Below are positions 59,221 to 64,000 of a DNA stretch of 64,000 bases, in pieces. The stretch's first letter is position 1, and each line of letters opens with the position of its first letter. The translations under genes and the position numbers were made by a program. Source of the DNA: Nitrosopumilus sp. (GTDB lineage: Archaea; Thermoproteota; Nitrososphaeria; Nitrososphaerales; Nitrosopumilaceae); contig NZ_JAILWM010000002.1 in NCBI RefSeq assembly GCF_025698945.1, positions 166,680 through 230,679 of the forward strand, given 5' to 3'. Below the pieces are notes generated by a model. That model was given only the letters and a program-made list of their open reading frames with translations, did not search any database and was not told the origin of the DNA.

Positions 59221-59678
59221 AATCTACTCTTTTCTACAATTAAAGAACCAGTCATCCATGGATGTGGTTGACAGTGGTAATGAACTTCTTGTGGTTCTGT
59301 AAATAGAAATTCATATGTATCGCCAGGTTTGAGAACACCAGAAGACCCAAAGTCACCACTATAAGCATCGGCATGTCTGTGATCAGGAGTTACAGTATGT
59401 GCAGTATCATCCATGTTTTCCCATATCACTCTATTATTAATTGTCAATAAAACTTCGGCCTTATTTGGAACATAGTTTTCATTTCCCTCGATTACGGCAC
59501 CTGGAACTATTTGAATTATCAAATCTTTTTCTGGATGTAAAATATGTTCATCAACTGAAGGTTTTGCAAGGGATTCTGGAAGATAAAATGAAGTGTAAAA
59601 AACTACAGTAGCTGACATGCCAATGATTAGTGCAATTACCCCAATACCGTATGCGTGACTGGATGTAGGCGCACTCAT
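59217..59678 (-). CDS. Membrane-anchored plastocyanin-like blue copper protein
   Basis: N-terminal TM; HTVT and YHCQPHPWM type-1 Cu ligands; follows cytochrome b. Confidence 0.92.
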   Translation of the reverse strand: MSAPTSSHAYGIGVIALIIGMSATVVFYTSFYLPESLAKPSVDEHILHPEKDLIIQIVPGAVIEGNENYVPNKAEVLLTINNRVIWENMDDTAHTVTPDHRHADAYSGDFGSSGVLKPGDTYEFLFTEPQEVHYHCQPHPWMTGSLIVEKSRF

Positions 59679-59687
59679 AATTTTTTT

Positions 59688-59715
59688 ACTCTCCCAAGTT
59701 CTTATAAAGCTTGTT
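59688..59715 (-). promoter_or_regulatory. Cupredoxin promoter, 23/28 identical to the Rieske promoter
   Basis: AACAAGCTTTATAAGAACTTGGGAGAGT. Confidence 0.7.
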
Positions 59716-59729
59716 TAGGATTTTTGGAA

Positions 59730-61316
59730 TCATGGTTTTTGAATATCATTAGAACCAAGATTTGGATTAGTATTTGTACCAACTCCTAGATCTGCTTGTG
59801 TCTTTGATACTGAAACTTCTGGAGCTAATTCTTTAAGTTCCGGTTTTGTTTCAGAGTCAGATTTTCCTTCGGGTAATTTGCTTAGTTCAGAAGATGCAGC
59901 TGGTTCGGCAAGTTTTGGTTTTTCATCTTGGACTGGTACTGGTGGGGGTGGGGGTGCATTCTTTTGTTGACTCATTGCATATCTGTAGACATGGAAGAAT
60001 GCAGCAAACACTAGCAGAATAATTCCAATGAAGAACAAAGACACATTTTTCATTCCAGTTAATGCTGCATTGTAAGCTGCAATGTTTAGGAAGACTTGGA
60101 ATGCCAATAATGCAACTAGTACCCAGTTTATCCATTTTTCTGAAAGATTAATTGTTGCAACCTTTTTTGGGCCTGTACTTTTTGCAAGCTTTGACTTTCT
60201 TTCAGCTTCGTTTGCAAGTTTAATCATCATATAGGTAAATCCAAATCCTAATGGAACCATCAAGATCATAGTAGAATAGAAGAATATTGGATCAATTACC
60301 AAACGCTCTACTAGTGGGACTGAAATATCTGGCGATATATAGAATCCCCAGTATGTGGTTACCATAATTTGTGCAAGGCTAGTAATTCCAAATGCAGTAA
60401 TAATTGGTCTATCTCTCCAAGAGAATTTCTTGTATCTGTCTATGAATGGAATTAATACAAATGATATGATAAACAGCAATGGCCACAGTAATCCTGTGAC
60501 AAATTTATCGTATTGAGTTCTCATGAATGCATAAATTCCTGTCAGATACCATTCGGGAACAGTAACACCAGGCGGTACGGTAGGCTCAAACTTGAAGCCC
60601 ATATCAATAGGGAAGACACCGCCAGTGATCAGAATTGCACCGCCAATTGCCATTACCATTGGAACATCAAATACTAGGAATCTTGGGAAGTGAACTGCCA
60701 TTAATCCTAGCATTACAATTGGTAGTAAGAACACATGTTGTGCATAAAATCTCAATACAAAATCCGAGAACCCACTTCCAAGTGCTGCATCACGAATCGT
60801 CGGTCCTGCAACAGGTATTGAAGTGGTTAATGACGCTGCAATACTGATTGCTAGTTCTGCTCTTTCACTAAAAATTACATCATATCCTGTAAATGCTTCA
60901 AGAATTGTTACTACTCCAAGAATGACACCAGTCATCCACAATACTTCGTTTCTTATTTTGTATCGTCCACTAAAGTATTGATAGTACATATGAAGAACAG
61001 CTAAAAGCACCATTGCATTAGAACCATGATAGTGAATGTTTCTAATGTGAAAACCAAATGGAACCTCATCGTTGATGAATTGAACACTATCCCATGCCCT
61101 ATCTAATATTGGTTGATAGTAAAACATGAGAAGAGCTCCAGAAACACCTAGAATAATAAATACAATAAAAGTAAGCATTCCCAAGAAACCAAATGGACTT
61201 ACAAATCGAGCGGGAAATGAAAACTTGATTCCAGTAAAAATTGTCCTATCAATTCCATCCCATAACCAGTAGAAGAAGCCTACAGCTCCTGTTCTACGTT
61301 TAAGCGAAACGGCCAT
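59730..61316 (-). CDS. petB: Cytochrome b (complex III)
   Basis: RNIHYHGS, HMYYQ, AFTGY, FYAQH, VHF, PEWY. Confidence 0.96.
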   Translation of the reverse strand: MAVSLKRRTGAVGFFYWLWDGIDRTIFTGIKFSFPARFVSPFGFLGMLTFIVFIILGVSGALLMFYYQPILDRAWDSVQFINDEVPFGFHIRNIHYHGSNAMVLLAVLHMYYQYFSGRYKIRNEVLWMTGVILGVVTILEAFTGYDVIFSERAELAISIAASLTTSIPVAGPTIRDAALGSGFSDFVLRFYAQHVFLLPIVMLGLMAVHFPRFLVFDVPMVMAIGGAILITGGVFPIDMGFKFEPTVPPGVTVPEWYLTGIYAFMRTQYDKFVTGLLWPLLFIISFVLIPFIDRYKKFSWRDRPIITAFGITSLAQIMVTTYWGFYISPDISVPLVERLVIDPIFFYSTMILMVPLGFGFTYMMIKLANEAERKSKLAKSTGPKKVATINLSEKWINWVLVALLAFQVFLNIAAYNAALTGMKNVSLFFIGIILLVFAAFFHVYRYAMSQQKNAPPPPPVPVQDEKPKLAEPAASSELSKLPEGKSDSETKPELKELAPEVSVSKTQADLGVGTNTNPNLGSNDIQKP

Positions 61317-61905
61317 ATCCTATTACTCCATTTTCATGTGCATCAAACTTTGGTGGCATGATAAAAACAAATCCATCTGAATCAATCTCCAAAGTAAGCT
61401 TAGCTAAAGTATTTGATGGTGCAGCTTGTACTGAGGCAGGTCCAATAAAAGCTGTTCCAGTAACAGGATCATACATACTTCCATGACAAGGACACTCTCC
61501 TCTCTTTCTTCCTTCATCAGGCCAATATTTCCAAAGACACCAAAGATGTAAACAAATCATACTATAAGCTCGTAAAGCACTTGTATCTTTTTTTGCACCA
61601 CCCAATTCTTCTGGGAGTCTAATGAATTGCCATTTACGGAATGCTTCTGCATCAAGTGCAGCATCGCCAGTTGAAGGGTATGTAATTACTTCAGCATGAT
61701 TAACTGGATAAGTATTGATATTTGCCTGAGTGCCATCGGGTAAAATTACAGGAACTTTTTCTAATGAAGCCTGGTTTGGATTTGGCATGAAATTGCCAAA
61801 TGGGACAAATGGTGCAAAAGCTAAGCCAGTACCTGCAGCACCGATTAATTTTAGAAAGTCTCTACGCGATAATCCGCCAGACTTTTTTGTCCCCAGCTCT
61901 GACAT
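61300..61905 (-). CDS. petC: Rieske 2Fe-2S protein (complex III)
   Basis: Tat motif SRRDFLK; CLHLWC and CPCHGS. Confidence 0.95.
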   Translation of the reverse strand: MSELGTKKSGGLSRRDFLKLIGAAGTGLAFAPFVPFGNFMPNPNQASLEKVPVILPDGTQANINTYPVNHAEVITYPSTGDAALDAEAFRKWQFIRLPEELGGAKKDTSALRAYSMICLHLWCLWKYWPDEGRKRGECPCHGSMYDPVTGTAFIGPASVQAAPSNTLAKLTLEIDSDGFVFIMPPKFDAHENGVIGYGRFA

Positions 61906-61917
61906 TCAAGCTGACGT

Positions 61918-61945
61918 ACTCGCCAAATTGCTTATAAACCTTGTT
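61918..61945 (-). promoter_or_regulatory. Rieske/cytochrome b promoter
   Basis: AACAAGGTTTATAAGCAATTTGGCGAGT. Confidence 0.7.
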
Positions 61946-61951
61946 CAATAT

Positions 61952-64000
61952 TCAAGGTGATTTTTGTCTAATAATAAAAACACAAGTAATTCCGATCGCA
62001 ATTCCAATGACCAGACCAATTGCAATACCCGTGATAAGTGAAGAATCAGAATTTTCAACAGGAATAGATTCTTGAGATAAAGTTTTTGTTTCAGAAATCA
62101 TATCAGAGTCTTCAACTGATGAAATTGTTGGTTCTGAAACTTCTTCGACAGGTTCTATTGAAATTATCATTTCAGGAGAGATGTTAGTGAATTTTGCAGC
62201 TAATGTTATTGGCTCAGTTGTAGAATTTCCACCAAACAAAGTAGAATGAGTTAAAATTGTATATGTACCTGTTTGATTAATTGGCACATATAATACCGTT
62301 GAAGTATCATCTTTATTTTTTACAGGAAAGAATCCACCACCTTGACTAAAAATAGAATTGCCTAACCAATCAAGTGATGTCCAACCAAGAAAATGACCAA
62401 ATACACCAGAAGGAACATTTGTTTGAATTATTTCTCCGGTTGGATCCATAACAAAAACTGCTAGATTAGTATCATCATGTTTCCATGAAAGCTCAATTGA
62501 TACAGAATTAATAGATTCATTTTGAACATCAAAATAAAACTGACGCCAATCACCTGCCATATAGCGATTAACCATATCAAATGCACCTTTTGTATATCCA
62601 TTGCCATAAAGAACATCATCGCTTTGTTTTCCTTGTATCAAAATTGCAGAATCATTGTCAATAATTGGGTGCTTTACAACAAATGATACGGGAGCATTTA
62701 CAGAATGTTTATCGCTTTCAAATTTTAAAAATCCCTGATAGATACCTGTCTGCAGATCATTAGGAACAACCAGTGTAACATCAATATTTAGAATGTCTTT
62801 TGGTGGAACTAGAACAGTCTGAGAATCAGGCCAAATCATCGACCACTTTTCTTTTTGATAGTAACTAGCTGAAATGGTATAATCCATTGAAGTTGAATTC
62901 TGTTTTGTATCACCTAGCCAGTAAGAATATCTAGTTGGTACAGGATATACACCAATTAATGGTGTACCGTCAAATTTTTCTGAGGGATCTGAAACTCTTA
63001 ATTCTTGAACAGTTCCCCAAGAACCTGCTCTATTAACTAGAGATAATTCAGAGCTTGTAATTTTTGTATCATTATTACTATCAATCCAATCATAAAGATA
63101 TAATGAAGATATTTTGATATCATCTGCATATACCTTTGCAGTGTCATTCATAAATTGACTAAATGGAAAATTAACATTTAGAATTACTAGAGACGATTCA
63201 TCAAGAGTTGGATTCTCCTTGTAAAAATAATCTCCAAGTTTAGTAGTATTTTTAACATCAGATAACTTAACATAGTTTGGGATAAAAGCATCAGTTTTAT
63301 TTAGAAGTGAGTCTTGCTGACGTACAACAGTTGTTCCATTATATTGTGTTTTTTTAATTAATGAAAGCATTTCAGACTTTACGTCAATTGTTAATGTTTC
63401 ATTTGTTGGATTTTTTATTGTAAATGTAGTTGTAGTTCTCTCTCCAGGTGATAATTGTCCTGCAAACCAACTAGTCATAGGAAATGATTTGTCTGATAGT
63501 TGGAATTTTTCAAATCCTATAGATGTAGTATTGAATTTTGCAATTGCAGGATCAAGAATTTTTTTAATGTTATCATATGATTTGTCATTATAAACAATGA
63601 ATTTTCCATCATCACCATGAACATAGTTTAGTGCTGATTCTACATTTGCAAGACCTGAACCCTGAGTAAAGGGATCATTGTTAAGATCAGTGGCAGTTGA
63701 CATCAGAATATTTTTTATCATAAAAGAATCATAATCTTGGGATTCTTTTTTCATTTCTTCCATTAATAATGCTGCCATACCAGAAACTAATGGAGCAGCC
63801 ATACTAGTTCCACCAAATAACGAAAACGATTCATTCTTGGAATCTTTATTGACTTTGATTACATTTGATGGAGTAAATCCATGAGCACCAATACTCATTA
63901 CATCAGGCTTTGGATCACCAATTATTCCAGGACCTCTACTTGAAAAATCAACTACGTGATTATAATGAGATGTATCATTTCCAAATCGCGGTTGATCTTT
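61952..64000 (-). CDS. Subtilisin-like (S8) surface protease, C-terminal part (5'-truncated by window edge)
   Basis: Frame open to the window end (FSSRGP..KPDV); catalytic GGTSMAAP; C-terminal TM anchor. Confidence 0.9.
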   Translation of the reverse strand, partial: KDQPRFGNDTSHYNHVVDFSSRGPGIIGDPKPDVMSIGAHGFTPSNVIKVNKDSKNESFSLFGGTSMAAPLVSGMAALLMEEMKKESQDYDSFMIKNILMSTATDLNNDPFTQGSGLANVESALNYVHGDDGKFIVYNDKSYDNIKKILDPAIAKFNTTSIGFEKFQLSDKSFPMTSWFAGQLSPGERTTTTFTIKNPTNETLTIDVKSEMLSLIKKTQYNGTTVVRQQDSLLNKTDAFIPNYVKLSDVKNTTKLGDYFYKENPTLDESSLVILNVNFPFSQFMNDTAKVYADDIKISSLYLYDWIDSNNDTKITSSELSLVNRAGSWGTVQELRVSDPSEKFDGTPLIGVYPVPTRYSYWLGDTKQNSTSMDYTISASYYQKEKWSMIWPDSQTVLVPPKDILNIDVTLVVPNDLQTGIYQGFLKFESDKHSVNAPVSFVVKHPIIDNDSAILIQGKQSDDVLYGNGYTKGAFDMVNRYMAGDWRQFYFDVQNESINSVSIELSWKHDDTNLAVFVMDPTGEIIQTNVPSGVFGHFLGWTSLDWLGNSIFSQGGGFFPVKNKDDTSTVLYVPINQTGTYTILTHSTLFGGNSTTEPITLAAKFTNISPEMIISIEPVEEVSEPTISSVEDSDMISETKTLSQESIPVENSDSSLITGIAIGLVIGIAIGITCVFIIRQKSP

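Overview
AT-rich, gene-dense chromosome segment of a Nitrosopumilus-like ammonia-oxidising archaeon (Nitrososphaeria/Thaumarchaeota); the taxon is inferred from the archaeal amo genes and gene content. It holds the ammonia monooxygenase cluster (amoA, amoX and amoC on minus, amoB divergent, two probable accessory subunits amoY/amoZ) and a complex III module (Rieske, cytochrome b, cupredoxin). Translation and tRNA-modification genes include valS, pheST, trpS, serS, rps15, rps3ae, KEOPS kae1/bud32/pcc1, taw1, tgtA and dus. Also present are pdxST, aconitase, tbp, a P-II gene, a MoxR-VWA pair and three tandem thrombospondin type 3 repeat genes. Six tRNAs were parsed by hand; Trp-CCA and Leu-TAA each carry two introns. 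Non-coding or unannotated signals absent from the ORF track: a two-hairpin H/ACA-like RNA (about 9357-9527), a C/D box sRNA (31321-31391), a candidate orphan sRNA after the P-II gene, three membrane microproteins, a 27-nt 3' element shared by amoA and amoB, and a promoter shared by the Rieske and cupredoxin genes. No CRISPR array, transposase or integrase was seen. All homology calls are from motif recognition, not database searches.
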